In this document: in pieces, positions 1 through 10,206 of the stretch | How the letters are laid out: every line of letters begins with the position of its first letter | Position numbering within the stretch: position 1 is the stretch's first letter | Assembly (NCBI GenBank): GCA_028704885.1 | Contig: JAQWEN010000001.1 | Span: forward strand, 286,679-350,678 | Length of the DNA: 64,000 nucleotides | Direction: 5' to 3' | From: Candidatus Shapirobacteria bacterium | Lineage (GTDB): Bacteria > Patescibacteriota > Microgenomatia > UBA12405 | Notes under the pieces: model-generated | Database searches by the model: none | The model's input: the letters and a program-made list of their open reading frames with translations, nothing else | What the model was told of the DNA's origin: nothing | Translations under genes and position numbers: made by a program

Positions 1-1815
1 TTGATCTTCGATTTCTTTTCGTGGTCGGTTTAAGGAACCAGTTATGGCAAAACTTTTATTAGAGATATTAGAATTTAAGTGTTGAATTGTAGATTTTAAT
101 GAAACTTGGGAAAGAATAGATTCAATCCAACTTTTTCGGATATCAATCCCCTCTTTTATTTTTTTAGCCAAAGTTATTTGAATACCAGGAAGAGATTCTA
201 ATTTAGCAATTGTAAGTTCTAATATTTTTTCTGGAGTATTGAAACCTTGAGAGATTAATTGTTGAATTCTTTTGCCACTGAAATTAGGAATACTGGCGGC
301 AGTGAGAATTTGTTTAAGAGTGAGAGTTTTTTTGGCCTGAATTTGGTGAACAATATTTTGGCCGGATTTTTCACCAAGGCCAGCAAGGTTAGAAAAATCG
401 GAGATATTTAGTTTATAAAAATCACCAGGTAATTTAATTAAATTGACTTGATAAAGTTTTTCAATAGTTTTATCAGAAATGCCTTTGATTTCTAGAGCAT
501 CACAAAATAATTTTAAAGAGCCGAGAATCTGAGCTGGACAATTTTGAATGTTGGGACATTTCAAAAATTTTGATTCGATAATTAATAAAGTACCGCAAGA
601 TGGACAATTTGTTGGAGCTAAAATATGATTTTCGGCGACTTTATTAACAACATGATCAATATGAGGAATAACATCACCACGGCGACTGACTTCAACAATG
701 TCGTTGATGTTAATATTTTTTTCTTTGATTAAATCGTAATTGGCTAAGGAAGCAAAAGTGATAATGGCGCCGGAAATTTCGATGGGGTCGACTTTAGCAA
801 CTGGAGTAATCATGCCCAATGGTCCGACTTGCCAATCAATAGAAATGATTCTGGTTTGGGAAGAACGGGCGGGAAATTTATAAGCTACTTGACCTTTAGG
901 ACGATTATTTTTGATACCTAATTCATTTTGAATTTTTTGATCATTAATTTTTATAACTAGACCATCGATTTCAAATGGATAGTCAAGGCGGGTTTGGTTT
1001 AAAAATTTTTGATAGATGGCTTCAATTTGATCAAAATTCTGGCAATGAAAAGTTTCAACAGGAGTAAACCCAATAGTTTTTAAAAAATTAATTTTTTCTA
1101 ATTCAGTATTAAATTTTTTAATTGAAGAAAAAATATTAACAGCAATGAGACTGCAATATTCAGAAAATTGACTGTCAAGGCGTTGAGAAATACCAGAAAC
1201 AGCATTACGAGAATTACTGTATAAACCCTCTGTCTCGTTTTGCTCGCCACCTCCCTTGACAGGGCGGCTTTTTATAATTTGATTTAATTTTTGAAAATCT
1301 TTTTCTAAAATAACTATTTCACAGCGAATAGAGCCAGAAAAATCCTTCGGCAAGCTCAGGACAAAATTTTTCATTTTGACAACATTTTGAGTGATAATAT
1401 CCCCTATTTCACCATCGCCTCGAGTAACAGCTTCAATAAGTTGTCCATTTTTATACTCAATTTCAAGAGAAATGCCGTCGCATTTTGGCTGGACTACAAA
1501 ATCAGTATCGGTATTAATTTTCTTTAATTCAAAATAGTGGATTAGATCCTCAATTCGATTAACTTTATTTTGAGAACCCATGGGCATAATGTGTTTTTTC
1601 TTATCGAAACCAGTATCAAAATTTTCATGTCCGGCCTTGGTAAAAATTCGATGATAGGGATTTTTTTGGTGCAATATTTCTTCAAGAGTGTCAAAAGTAT
1701 GATCATCCATGATAGGTTTACCGGTGGTGTAATAGACTTTTTTAGCATCCATTAAAAGTTCACCTAATTTTTCGGGAGAAATATTTTTAAGATCAAGAGA
1801 ATCAAGAGTGATCAT
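1..1815 (-). CDS. ligA: NAD-dependent DNA ligase LigA (5'-partial; C-terminus lies beyond the window start)
   Basis: Minus-strand translation from 1815 gives MITLDSLDLKNISPEKLGELLMDAKKVYYTTGKP, the adenylation motif KCDGIS (KxDG), and a zinc finger CPSCGTLL...CPNIQNCPAQ. No stop codon is reached before position 1. Confidence 0.9.
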   Translation of the reverse strand, partial: MITLDSLDLKNISPEKLGELLMDAKKVYYTTGKPIMDDHTFDTLEEILHQKNPYHRIFTKAGHENFDTGFDKKKHIMPMGSQNKVNRIEDLIHYFELKKINTDTDFVVQPKCDGISLEIEYKNGQLIEAVTRGDGEIGDIITQNVVKMKNFVLSLPKDFSGSIRCEIVILEKDFQKLNQIIKSRPVKGGGEQNETEGLYSNSRNAVSGISQRLDSQFSEYCSLIAVNIFSSIKKFNTELEKINFLKTIGFTPVETFHCQNFDQIEAIYQKFLNQTRLDYPFEIDGLVIKINDQKIQNELGIKNNRPKGQVAYKFPARSSQTRIISIDWQVGPLGMITPVAKVDPIEISGAIITFASLANYDLIKEKNININDIVEVSRRGDVIPHIDHVVNKVAENHILAPTNCPSCGTLLIIESKFLKCPNIQNCPAQILGSLKLFCDALEIKGISDKTIEKLYQVNLIKLPGDFYKLNISDFSNLAGLGEKSGQNIVHQIQAKKTLTLKQILTAASIPNFSGKRIQQLISQGFNTPEKILELTIAKLESLPGIQITLAKKIKEGIDIRKSWIESILSQVSLKSTIQHLNSNISNKSFAITGSLNRPRKEIEDQ

Positions 1816-1846
1816 AGCTTGATTATAGCTTAAATTGGCTGGTTTT

Positions 1847-2485
1847 TTATTGTTTTTGTCTTAGAAATTTATTGAGATGAAAAATAAATTTCATTGGATC
1901 GTCAACAAAAGGAAAATGGCCAGAATTAGGTATAATTTTAATTTTTGAATCATTTATACTTTTTTTAATTTTTTTGCCAAAAATTACTGGAGTAACAAGG
2001 TCACGGCTGCCCCAAATAATTAAGGTTTCATTTTTTAATTTACTGGCTTCTTTAAGAAGATCACAATAAACAGCGTTTTGAAAGGTTTTTTCCATGACTG
2101 AACTATTGATATTTGGTTTAAAAAAATGGATTAAAAAATAATAAATAGTCTTTCTGATAGAATATTTGTCTTTAACAATGGCAGCATCAACCAAAATAAG
2201 TTTTATTTTTTGATTTGGAAATTTGGATAAAAATTTGACACAAACGGAACCTCCAAAAGAATGTCCTAAAAGAATTGGATTATCAAATTTGTTTTTGATA
2301 ATAAAAGTTTTCAACCAGTCAGCATATTTATCTAAATTGTAAGGATAATTTATTTTTATTTCACCAAAACCAGGCATGATTGGAGAAAATACTTGATATT
2401 CCCTTTCTAAAATTGGTTTTATCAGATTAAAATAATCAGGATTTTGACTCCAACCGTGAAGAAGAATTAGAGTGGGTTTAAGCAT
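1847..2485 (-). CDS. alpha/beta-fold hydrolase
   Basis: HGW...GHSFGG nucleophile-elbow motif. Start chosen at MLKPTLILLHGW, immediately after the Fic stop codon; the track ORF extends further 5' into Fic. Confidence 0.7.
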   Translation of the reverse strand: MLKPTLILLHGWSQNPDYFNLIKPILEREYQVFSPIMPGFGEIKINYPYNLDKYADWLKTFIIKNKFDNPILLGHSFGGSVCVKFLSKFPNQKIKLILVDAAIVKDKYSIRKTIYYFLIHFFKPNINSSVMEKTFQNAVYCDLLKEASKLKNETLIIWGSRDLVTPVIFGKKIKKSINDSKIKIIPNSGHFPFVDDPMKFIFHLNKFLRQKQ

Positions 2486-3611
2486 TGGCAAGGCAATAAT
2501 AGGCGCCTTTGGTTGAACCGCGTTTTTCAACAGCACCAGAATCGACTAATTTTTTTAGATCACGCCAGATGGTATCGTCGGAAACCATAGGAAGAAGTTG
2601 TTGGGCATCAGGCATACGAAGACCGCCAAACTGCTGCATATATTCAACTAATTTAATTTGTCGTTCAGTTAGATGAAGCTGTTTGCCACCGAGTTTTTGT
2701 TTTAATTTAATATCGCGAGAAAGGGATTGAACTTTGGCTTTAACACGGGCTAATTCGATGGCTAGGGCTTCGGTAAAATAACTAATCCAATTAGTCATGT
2801 CTCTTTTGAAAATATCAGAAGAAAGTTCATGAGTGGCTTGAAGGGTGTTGTAATAAGTTTCGGCATTACGATCGAAATATTCTTCAAGAGAAAAAAGACG
2901 ACGAATATCGTAACCTTCGACATATAAAGGCAACATAGCAAAGGCACGGCTAACGCGACCATTACCCTCAACAAAAGGATGAATAGCAACCAAAATATAT
3001 TGAGCAATGGCAGCACGAATAGCGGGATGAACTTCACGAGAAGCAGTGTTATTTAACCAATCAATAAAATCGGCAATTAGATAAGGAACTTCAATAGCTG
3101 GAGGCGGTCGATGGGCAATCTCACCAGTACGAGTGTTTTTTAAAACAACTTGTTGATGACGATATTTACCACAATCGATTTCGGGAATAACTTTGGCAGT
3201 GGTTAATTCGTGAATTCTTTTAATTAAGGTTTCGCTATAAAAAAAAGGTCGATTAACACCATTGGTGGGAGGTAAAACAGTTTTTTCTTCTGGAAGAGGC
3301 ATGTTGGCATCGTAAAGAGACCAGATTTCTTCGAGGTAAGAAACAACATTTCGATAATTAATTACTTCTTGAATATCGCGCTCGGTGGCAGTAATTTGTT
3401 GACCTTCAACCAATTTAGCGACTTCTTGGAAAGTTAAATCATTTCCTTCGATTCTAGTACCAAAATGGACGGTTCGGACAATGGCTTCTTGTTGAAATTG
3501 TTTTTCGTAAGCAGGAATTAATGGAGCTTCATCAATGATAGCTTTGGCACCTTCGATGATGCCAATGTTTTTGAGAATTTGATTATTGATTGAAAAGATG
3601 GGGTAAAACAT
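2478..3611 (-). CDS. Fic/Doc family protein (AMPylator-type) with C-terminal wHTH
   Basis: Canonical Fic motif HPFVEGNGRVSRA. 377 aa. Confidence 0.8.
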   Translation of the reverse strand: MFYPIFSINNQILKNIGIIEGAKAIIDEAPLIPAYEKQFQQEAIVRTVHFGTRIEGNDLTFQEVAKLVEGQQITATERDIQEVINYRNVVSYLEEIWSLYDANMPLPEEKTVLPPTNGVNRPFFYSETLIKRIHELTTAKVIPEIDCGKYRHQQVVLKNTRTGEIAHRPPPAIEVPYLIADFIDWLNNTASREVHPAIRAAIAQYILVAIHPFVEGNGRVSRAFAMLPLYVEGYDIRRLFSLEEYFDRNAETYYNTLQATHELSSDIFKRDMTNWISYFTEALAIELARVKAKVQSLSRDIKLKQKLGGKQLHLTERQIKLVEYMQQFGGLRMPDAQQLLPMVSDDTIWRDLKKLVDSGAVEKRGSTKGAYYCLANA

Positions 3612-3838
3612 CTGACTAAGATTATAACACTTTTTAAAAAATCAATAAGGGGAAAATGCGGAAATAATGTCTTTACTTTTCGATATTTATAGGCCTATTG
3701 ATTACACACACGGCCGATAAAAAAGTCCCCTATTTTAGATTCATTGATGTTTGTCAATCAGATATAAATTTTGATTTTTTATTTTTTTTATGTTCGAAAA
3801 ATGCCTATAGTTCGAAAAATTTGATATACATTGTATTA

Positions 3839-3868
3839 TTGACGGTGCTAAAAAATGAAGACTATAAT
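3839..3868 (+). promoter_or_regulatory. sigma70-like promoter (TTGACG-18-TATAAT) upstream of the MBL/beta-CASP gene
   Basis: -35 TTGACG at 3839-3844 and perfect -10 TATAAT at 3863-3868, about 40 nt before the ATG at 3908. Confidence 0.5.
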
Positions 3869-3907
3869 GTGACCTATAGCTTATTAAAAGTTGCTATTTT
3901 TTAAATT

Positions 3908-5392
3908 ATGGGTAGACCTGAATCATCCAAAGGAAAAATGTCAATTATTTCTTATGGAGGAGTAGGAGGATTAGTAACTGGCTCTTCTCATTTAATAGAA
4001 TCAAAAGGTTCTAAATTTTTAATAGATTTGGGAATGTTTCAGGGTCGTAGGGAAGAAAGGTCAGAAAGAGGCGAAAGAAGAAATTTAACATCGTTGTCAG
4101 AAATAGAGAGAGGATTAAATCAGGTTGTAATAACGCACGCTCATTGTGATCATTCAGCTAGAGTGCCGAAACTTTATGCTGATGATTTTCGACCGGAAAC
4201 ATTGGCGACAGAAGCGACTGTGGCTTTCATGTGGCCATTATTAAACAATTCGGCGGATATTCAACAATCACAATATGCCCCTGGAGATAGAATCTATAAT
4301 AGACATGATGTGGAAACAACATTTAGACATGTTAGAGGAGTGAAGTCTTTTAAAGAAATACCAATAGGTCAGAAAAATAGTAATATGACGGTTGAATTTT
4401 TATTAAATGGCCACGTTGAAGGAAGCAGTTCAATTTTATTTAGAAATTATAATAATAATAAAAATGTTCTTTTTACAGGTGATATGGGAAAACCAGTTCA
4501 GTCTTTATGTGGTGGTTATACTGATTTTATGGATAAATATCCACAAGATCCAATAGATGTATTAATGATTGAATCAACTAATTTTGAAAAAGAGCCGGTT
4601 TTGTTTGAAGATAAAAGAAGAGAAATATTGGATACAATTCAGAGTGTTTGGGCTGGTGGAGGTAATTCAGTATTCCCAGTTTTGTCTTTTCATCGATGCC
4701 AGGAATTAATGGAAATGATTCATAACGGTCAGAAAAATGGCAATATACCAGTTGATTGTGAAATTATTATTGATTCTCCTTTAGCTATGGAGATAACTGA
4801 TGTTTATAAAAAACTTGGTCCTAAATATTTATCGCCAAGATATGGAAATGATCCAAATTTTTATAAAACAGATGAAGAAAGCATTTCCAGATTTGATTTA
4901 AAAAATTTAAGAGTTATCAATTCACATGAAGAGTCAGTTTACAACGATGCAACAATGGCCAAGTGTGGAAAGAAAGTGATTATTTTGGCTGGTGGCGGAA
5001 TGGGTGACCACGGGAGGTCAGTCAATTATTTGAAAGGTGACTTTTGTAAAAATCCAAAAAATGCAGTGGTGTACACTTGTTATCAAGTTGAGGGTACCTA
5101 TGGAGCAAACATGTTGTATAACGAGAAATGTTCAAAAGAAAATAAGGAAAAATATTCAAAAGACAAAAAAACTGGGGCCCAGGTTTATAAAATAGAGGGT
5201 TTTACAAGCCATATTAGTGGACCAGAAGAGACTTTTGATTTTTTAGGAAGATTTAATTTAGAGAATTTAAAAACAGTAATTATTGGTCATGGTAAAGAAT
5301 CTGCTGGAGAAAAAATGGCTGAAGAATTTATAAGAAGAGGCTATCAGGCAAAAATAATTAGACCAGGTATTCGTCAATCAATTGAATTTTAA
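3908..5392 (+). CDS. MBL-fold metallo-hydrolase, beta-CASP (RNA-metabolising) family-like
   Basis: HxHxDH motif (VITHAHCDHSA). 494 aa with additional downstream His/Asp-bearing segments. Confidence 0.55.
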   Translation: MGRPESSKGKMSIISYGGVGGLVTGSSHLIESKGSKFLIDLGMFQGRREERSERGERRNLTSLSEIERGLNQVVITHAHCDHSARVPKLYADDFRPETLATEATVAFMWPLLNNSADIQQSQYAPGDRIYNRHDVETTFRHVRGVKSFKEIPIGQKNSNMTVEFLLNGHVEGSSSILFRNYNNNKNVLFTGDMGKPVQSLCGGYTDFMDKYPQDPIDVLMIESTNFEKEPVLFEDKRREILDTIQSVWAGGGNSVFPVLSFHRCQELMEMIHNGQKNGNIPVDCEIIIDSPLAMEITDVYKKLGPKYLSPRYGNDPNFYKTDEESISRFDLKNLRVINSHEESVYNDATMAKCGKKVIILAGGGMGDHGRSVNYLKGDFCKNPKNAVVYTCYQVEGTYGANMLYNEKCSKENKEKYSKDKKTGAQVYKIEGFTSHISGPEETFDFLGRFNLENLKTVIIGHGKESAGEKMAEEFIRRGYQAKIIRPGIRQSIEF

Positions 5393-6031
5393 CTAAGCAA
5401 GAAAAATAAAATCTAGGGCATTTCGGGGGTCGACGTTGGCATTAATCATCTGAATGGCTTTAATTATTTTTTCAATTAAAATTCGATTTTTTTGATCGGG
5501 ATTTTTAGTTAATTGCTGCTGATAAAAACAAAGTTCGTTTTCCAATAAGGGCAAAATCCCCTCTTTATCTTTGCCGAGTTTTTCAGATAGGGCTAAATCT
5601 TTGGATAAATTACCAGTAATAACAATTTGAGTTTTATTTTCAAATTTAGATTTTTCGGAAATTTTAACAACTTGGCAACGGGAAAGAATTGTCGGTAAAA
5701 TGCTTTTAATTTTATTGGTGGATAAAATTAGATAGTTATTACTTCCGGGTTCTTCGAGATTTTTTAAAAGAGCATTTTGGGATTCAGAGTTAAGATTTTG
5801 GATTTCTAGAATGACGACAATTTTGCTTTGGTGAGAAAAAGGTTTTTGAGAAAGAAAGTTATTTATTTTTCTAATTTGATCAATCCCCCAGCCTGAATCT
5901 TGATTTATTAATAAGATATCTGGATTATTTTGATTAAATTGATGATCTAAAAAAGAACATATTTGGCAGATTTTTTGATCGACCGTTTCTTTATTTTTAG
6001 CGATGATTAAGGTTGAAGGAAAAATATCCAT
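5393..6031 (-). CDS. holB: DNA polymerase III delta-prime-like clamp-loader subunit (minimal)
   Basis: SRC sensor motif (ILPTILSRCQVV) with no Walker A. 212 aa. Confidence 0.5.
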   Translation of the reverse strand: MDIFPSTLIIAKNKETVDQKICQICSFLDHQFNQNNPDILLINQDSGWGIDQIRKINNFLSQKPFSHQSKIVVILEIQNLNSESQNALLKNLEEPGSNNYLILSTNKIKSILPTILSRCQVVKISEKSKFENKTQIVITGNLSKDLALSEKLGKDKEGILPLLENELCFYQQQLTKNPDQKNRILIEKIIKAIQMINANVDPRNALDFIFLA

Positions 6032-6076
6032 AATGCTTGTTTTGCGGTTAAAAAAAATGTACTATGATTATATATT

Positions 6077-7816
6077 ATGAATGATCCTGCCTCAAAAATA
6101 TACAAGAACTTAAAGGATGCCCTCTTGGAAAAAGGCTTAATTGATCAGGAAAAATACGAAGAAATTAACCTAAGACAGCTAAAAACTGGAGAAACAGAAG
6201 AAGAAGTAATAAAGGCATTAAGACTGGTGAGTGACGTTGATTTTATTAAATCAAAAGCTTTATTTTTGAGAGTACCTTTTATAGATTTGGAGACAATTGG
6301 TTTTTCACCGGAAGCTTTGACATTAGTGCCGGAAAGTGTGGCTCAGAAATATAAAATAGTCCCCTATGGTTTGGATACAAAAAATAAGATTTTGTCGATT
6401 ACGATGGTTAACCCCCTTGATTTGGAAACGATTGAATTTTTGGAAAAAAAGACAAATTTAAAAATAGCGGTCGCAATTTCTTTGGAAAAACAAATTATTT
6501 CCTATATTAAGGAAAAATATATTAGGGAAAAGAATATTACATCAGAAGTTACTAGGGCTTTGGATGAAAGAAAAGACGAAGAGAAAATGACGAAACTGGC
6601 TGATGAAAAAGTGGCAGTTGAGGCACCAGTGGCCAAAATAGTATCGACTATTTTGGAATATGCAGTCAAATCAAGAGCCTCTGATGTTCATATTGAACCA
6701 CAAGAAGATAATGTGAGAATTAGATATAGAATTGATGGTATTTTACAGGAAAAATATTTATTACCGAGAAATGTTCATGATGCTGTAGTTTCGAGAATTA
6801 AGATTTTATCTAATTTGAAAATTGATGAAAAAAGAATACCCCAAGATGGGCGTTTTTTCTTTTCAGCTGATGGCAACGATGTAGATTTGCGTATATCAAC
6901 ATTACCAACAACTTATGGTGAAAAAGTGGTTATGCGTTTACTTAAAAAAGCCCAAAAAGTGCCAACATTACAAGAACTTGGTTTAAGAGGGTTAGCTTTA
7001 AAAAATTTAATGACTTCAATTCAAAGACCTCATGGAATTATTATTGTTTGTGGTCCAACTGGATCTGGTAAAACAACAACTTTGTATTCTGTTTTAGATA
7101 TTGTGGCGACATCAAAAGTTAATGTGGTGACAGTTGAAGATCCAGTTGAATATCAAATGAAAGGGGTAAATCAAGTTCAAGTTAATGTTCAGGCTGGTTT
7201 AACTTTTGCTTCGGCTTTACGTTCTTTTTTACGTCAAGATCCCAATGTAATAATGGTAGGAGAAATTCGTGATCAAGAAACTGCTGATTTGGCTGTAAAT
7301 GCGGCATTAACTGGACATTTGGTGTTTTCAACTTTACATACTAATGATGCTTCTGGTGTTCCTCCCCGACTTTTGGATATGGGAGTAGAACCATTTTTGT
7401 TAACTTCATCCTTAAATTGTGTTGTCGGACAAAGAGTTTTACGAAAAGTTTGTAAAGATTGCGTAGGTGAAAAAGAAATTCCTCAAGAGAATTTGGATGA
7501 TTTAAAAAAGACATTAGGTCCTATTTTTAATATGATTGAGGAAAAATTTGCCAAAGATGGGAAAAAGCTGACATTGCCAAAGATTGTGGGCTGTGAGAAA
7601 TGTAATAATACTGGATATTTAGGAAGAGTTGCTATTTACGAAGTAATGCCAGTTACAGAAAAATTGAGTAAATTAATAGTTGAAAAAGCAGCGGCTTCGG
7701 ATATTCAAAAACAGGCAATGGAGGAAGGAATGTTGACCATGAAACAGGATGGTTATGTTAAAGTTTTAGAAGGAGTGACTAGTATGGATGAAGTTATTAG
7801 AGTTGCACAATATTAA
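6077..7816 (+). CDS. pilB: type IV pilus assembly ATPase PilB (GspE family)
   Basis: N-terminal T2SSE_N-like region, Walker A GPTGSGKTT, and tetracysteine CKDC...CEKC. Confidence 0.9.
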   Translation: MNDPASKIYKNLKDALLEKGLIDQEKYEEINLRQLKTGETEEEVIKALRLVSDVDFIKSKALFLRVPFIDLETIGFSPEALTLVPESVAQKYKIVPYGLDTKNKILSITMVNPLDLETIEFLEKKTNLKIAVAISLEKQIISYIKEKYIREKNITSEVTRALDERKDEEKMTKLADEKVAVEAPVAKIVSTILEYAVKSRASDVHIEPQEDNVRIRYRIDGILQEKYLLPRNVHDAVVSRIKILSNLKIDEKRIPQDGRFFFSADGNDVDLRISTLPTTYGEKVVMRLLKKAQKVPTLQELGLRGLALKNLMTSIQRPHGIIIVCGPTGSGKTTTLYSVLDIVATSKVNVVTVEDPVEYQMKGVNQVQVNVQAGLTFASALRSFLRQDPNVIMVGEIRDQETADLAVNAALTGHLVFSTLHTNDASGVPPRLLDMGVEPFLLTSSLNCVVGQRVLRKVCKDCVGEKEIPQENLDDLKKTLGPIFNMIEEKFAKDGKKLTLPKIVGCEKCNNTGYLGRVAIYEVMPVTEKLSKLIVEKAAASDIQKQAMEEGMLTMKQDGYVKVLEGVTSMDEVIRVAQY

Positions 7817-7850
7817 ATTAATAATTAAAAATTAAGAATTAATAATAAAT

Positions 7851-8921
7851 ATGAATATAAAGATGGAGGAAATTTTAAAATTTGCGGTTGCTAATAAGGC
7901 TTCTGATGTTCATTTAATTTCCGATGTTTCACCAAAGATCAGAGTTAACGGCGAACTTTTAAATATTGCTGGTTTTGAAAAGGCAGATAAAAAAGAAATT
8001 ACAGAAATGGTTTTATCTCTTTTAGATGAAAAACAATTGGAAATATTTAAAACAGAAAAGGAATTAGACTTTTCTTTTGATGCCGCCGGTGGAACTCGTA
8101 TTAGAGCTAATGTTTATCTTCAAAAAGGTGAAGCATCCGCTGCTTTGAGACTAATATCATCAAAAATACCAACTTTTGAAGAGCTAGGAATACCAGATAT
8201 TTTGAAAACTTTTGCTAAATACAAACAAGGATTTGTGTTAGTAACCGGTCCAACCGGACATGGTAAATCAACCACAGTAGCGGCTATTTTGGAAGAAATT
8301 AATGCGACCAGAGGTGGTCATATTGTGACGATAGAAGATCCAGTGGAATATTTAATTAAACCGGAAAAAGCGATTATATCTCAACGAGAAATGGGTGGAG
8401 ATACTAATAGTTTCAGTTTATCTTTAAGATCTTGCTTAAGGCAAGATCCGAATGTAGTGTTTTTGGGAGAAATGAGAGATTTGGAATCAACATCTTCAGC
8501 ACTGACTATTGCCGAAACTGGCCATTTAGTATTTTCAGTTTTGCACACAAATTCGGCTGCCCAAACAATAGATAGAATTATTGATGTTTTTCCATCTGAT
8601 GCTAAAGATCAAATTAGAGTTCAGTTATCAACTGTAATTACAGCTATTGTGTCACAAAGATTAGTGCCAGCAATTGATGGCGGCAGAATTCCGGTTTTTG
8701 AAATTTTAATTGCAACGCCAGCCGTGCGAAACGTAATTAGAGAAGGAAAATCTTTTATGATTGATAATATTATCCAAACCAGTTCAGATATTGGAATGAT
8801 TAGTTTTGATGCTTATATGGCTAAGCTAGTGTTGGATGGTAAAGTTTCTGAAGAAGTGGCAATGAGCTATTCGACTAATCCAGTTGAGTTACAAAGTAAA
8901 TTAAGACGCCAAAAAATATGA
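7851..8921 (+). CDS. pilT: twitching motility retraction ATPase PilT
   Basis: Walker A GPTGHGKST. About 356 aa, typical PilT length. Confidence 0.85.
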   Translation: MNIKMEEILKFAVANKASDVHLISDVSPKIRVNGELLNIAGFEKADKKEITEMVLSLLDEKQLEIFKTEKELDFSFDAAGGTRIRANVYLQKGEASAALRLISSKIPTFEELGIPDILKTFAKYKQGFVLVTGPTGHGKSTTVAAILEEINATRGGHIVTIEDPVEYLIKPEKAIISQREMGGDTNSFSLSLRSCLRQDPNVVFLGEMRDLESTSSALTIAETGHLVFSVLHTNSAAQTIDRIIDVFPSDAKDQIRVQLSTVITAIVSQRLVPAIDGGRIPVFEILIATPAVRNVIREGKSFMIDNIIQTSSDIGMISFDAYMAKLVLDGKVSEEVAMSYSTNPVELQSKLRRQKI

Positions 8922-10129
8922 CGAAATTTTTTTATAAAGCTAAAGATTGGAGTGGAAAAACAATAAAAGGAGTTTTGGATTCTCAAGATAAAAAGAGTGC
9001 TTTGGAATCAATTAAAGGCGGAGGTTTAGTGCCATTGGCAATAGTTGCCGAAAGCACTTCAGTTTTTAATGATATCTATAAAAAACTATTTTCAAAAATT
9101 AGTTTGAAACAAATTTCAAATTTTACAAGGCAATTGTCAACCATGATGAACTCTGGTTTGGCCTTAACTGATGCTTTGTCGCTTTTAAAAAATCAAACAG
9201 ACAAAAAGAGTTTGATGTTTGAAATTTTGGATTATACATTAGAAACTGTTCAGGGAGGACATTCTTTGGCTGATGGTTTGGGAAAATATAAGAAAAATTT
9301 TGGTGAAGCGTTTATTGCTTCAATCGATGCTGGAGAAGAGGGTGGAGTTTTGGAAGAAGTGTTAACAAAATTAGCCGATAATTTGGAAAAACAAAATGAA
9401 TTTGCCAGCAAAGTTAAAGGAGCAATGATTTATCCAGTAATCGTTATTATTGGTATGATTGCGGTGGTAATTATTATGATGGTGTTTGTTATCCCTAAAT
9501 TAATGGGATTATATACTGATTTTGGAGCCAAAATGCCGGCATCAACTCAATTGTTGATGGATATATCTGGTTTTATGACTAAATTTTGGTTTTTGATCCC
9601 AATTTTAATAATCGGTGGTTTTATGTTTTTTAAAATTGGTAATCAAAATGCTAATTTTAGACTTAAAAGAGATATTTTTAAATTAAAGATTCCAATTGTT
9701 GGAGTTTTAAATCAAAAAACTATTTTGGCAACTACTATTAGAACTATGTCGATGTTGTTGTCGGCTGGTATTCCTTTGGTTGATGCTTTAAAAATTGTTT
9801 CTAGTGTTGCTGCTAATGAATTATTTAGAGGAGCTTATTTGAAAATTTCTGAGAGAGTCCAAAAAGGTTTCAGTATTGCTAATTCTTTTGAAGAAACAGG
9901 AGTTTTTCCAGTGATTATTAATCAAATGGTGGCTACTGGAGAAGCAACAGGAAAATTAGACACAGTTCTATTAAAAGTTTCTGATTATTTTTCAGCTGAG
10001 GCTGAACAGTCGGTTAAATCTTTAACTTCAGCTATTGAACCAATAATTATGATTCTTTTGGGTTTAGGGGTAGCATTTTTGGTGGTGGCCGTTTTAATGC
10101 CGATTTATAATTTGACATCCAGTATGTAG
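8918..10129 (+). CDS. pilC: type IV pilus platform protein PilC (GspF family)
   Basis: 403 aa polytopic membrane protein with duplicated GspF-type domains. Immediately downstream of pilB and pilT. Confidence 0.85.
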   Translation: MTKFFYKAKDWSGKTIKGVLDSQDKKSALESIKGGGLVPLAIVAESTSVFNDIYKKLFSKISLKQISNFTRQLSTMMNSGLALTDALSLLKNQTDKKSLMFEILDYTLETVQGGHSLADGLGKYKKNFGEAFIASIDAGEEGGVLEEVLTKLADNLEKQNEFASKVKGAMIYPVIVIIGMIAVVIIMMVFVIPKLMGLYTDFGAKMPASTQLLMDISGFMTKFWFLIPILIIGGFMFFKIGNQNANFRLKRDIFKLKIPIVGVLNQKTILATTIRTMSMLLSAGIPLVDALKIVSSVAANELFRGAYLKISERVQKGFSIANSFEETGVFPVIINQMVATGEATGKLDTVLLKVSDYFSAEAEQSVKSLTSAIEPIIMILLGLGVAFLVVAVLMPIYNLTSSM

Positions 10130-10146
10130 ATTTTGATAACTGTCAC

Positions 10147-10175
10147 TTGACAGCGCAATTTTAGTGGTGAATAAT
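10147..10175 (+). promoter_or_regulatory. sigma70-like promoter of the major pilin gene (TTGACA-17-AATAAT), embedded in the palindrome CTGTCAcTTGACAG
   Basis: Perfect -35 TTGACA at 10147-10152, a 17-nt spacer, and -10 AATAAT at 10170-10175. The inverted repeat CTGTCA/TGACAG overlaps the -35. Confidence 0.55.
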
Positions 10176-10206
10176 GAATTAATAGAATTAAATATTTATT
10201 AAAAAA

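Noticed and set aside
1542-1755. Two short track ORFs (1542..1748 minus, 1570..1755 plus) inside ligA
   Set aside because: They are alternative-frame or antisense ORFs within the clearly coding LigA sequence.
3698-3904. 68-aa ORF in the intergenic region upstream of the beta-CASP gene
   Set aside because: It overlaps the predicted promoter and direct repeats, has low-complexity composition and no RBS. It is more likely non-coding.
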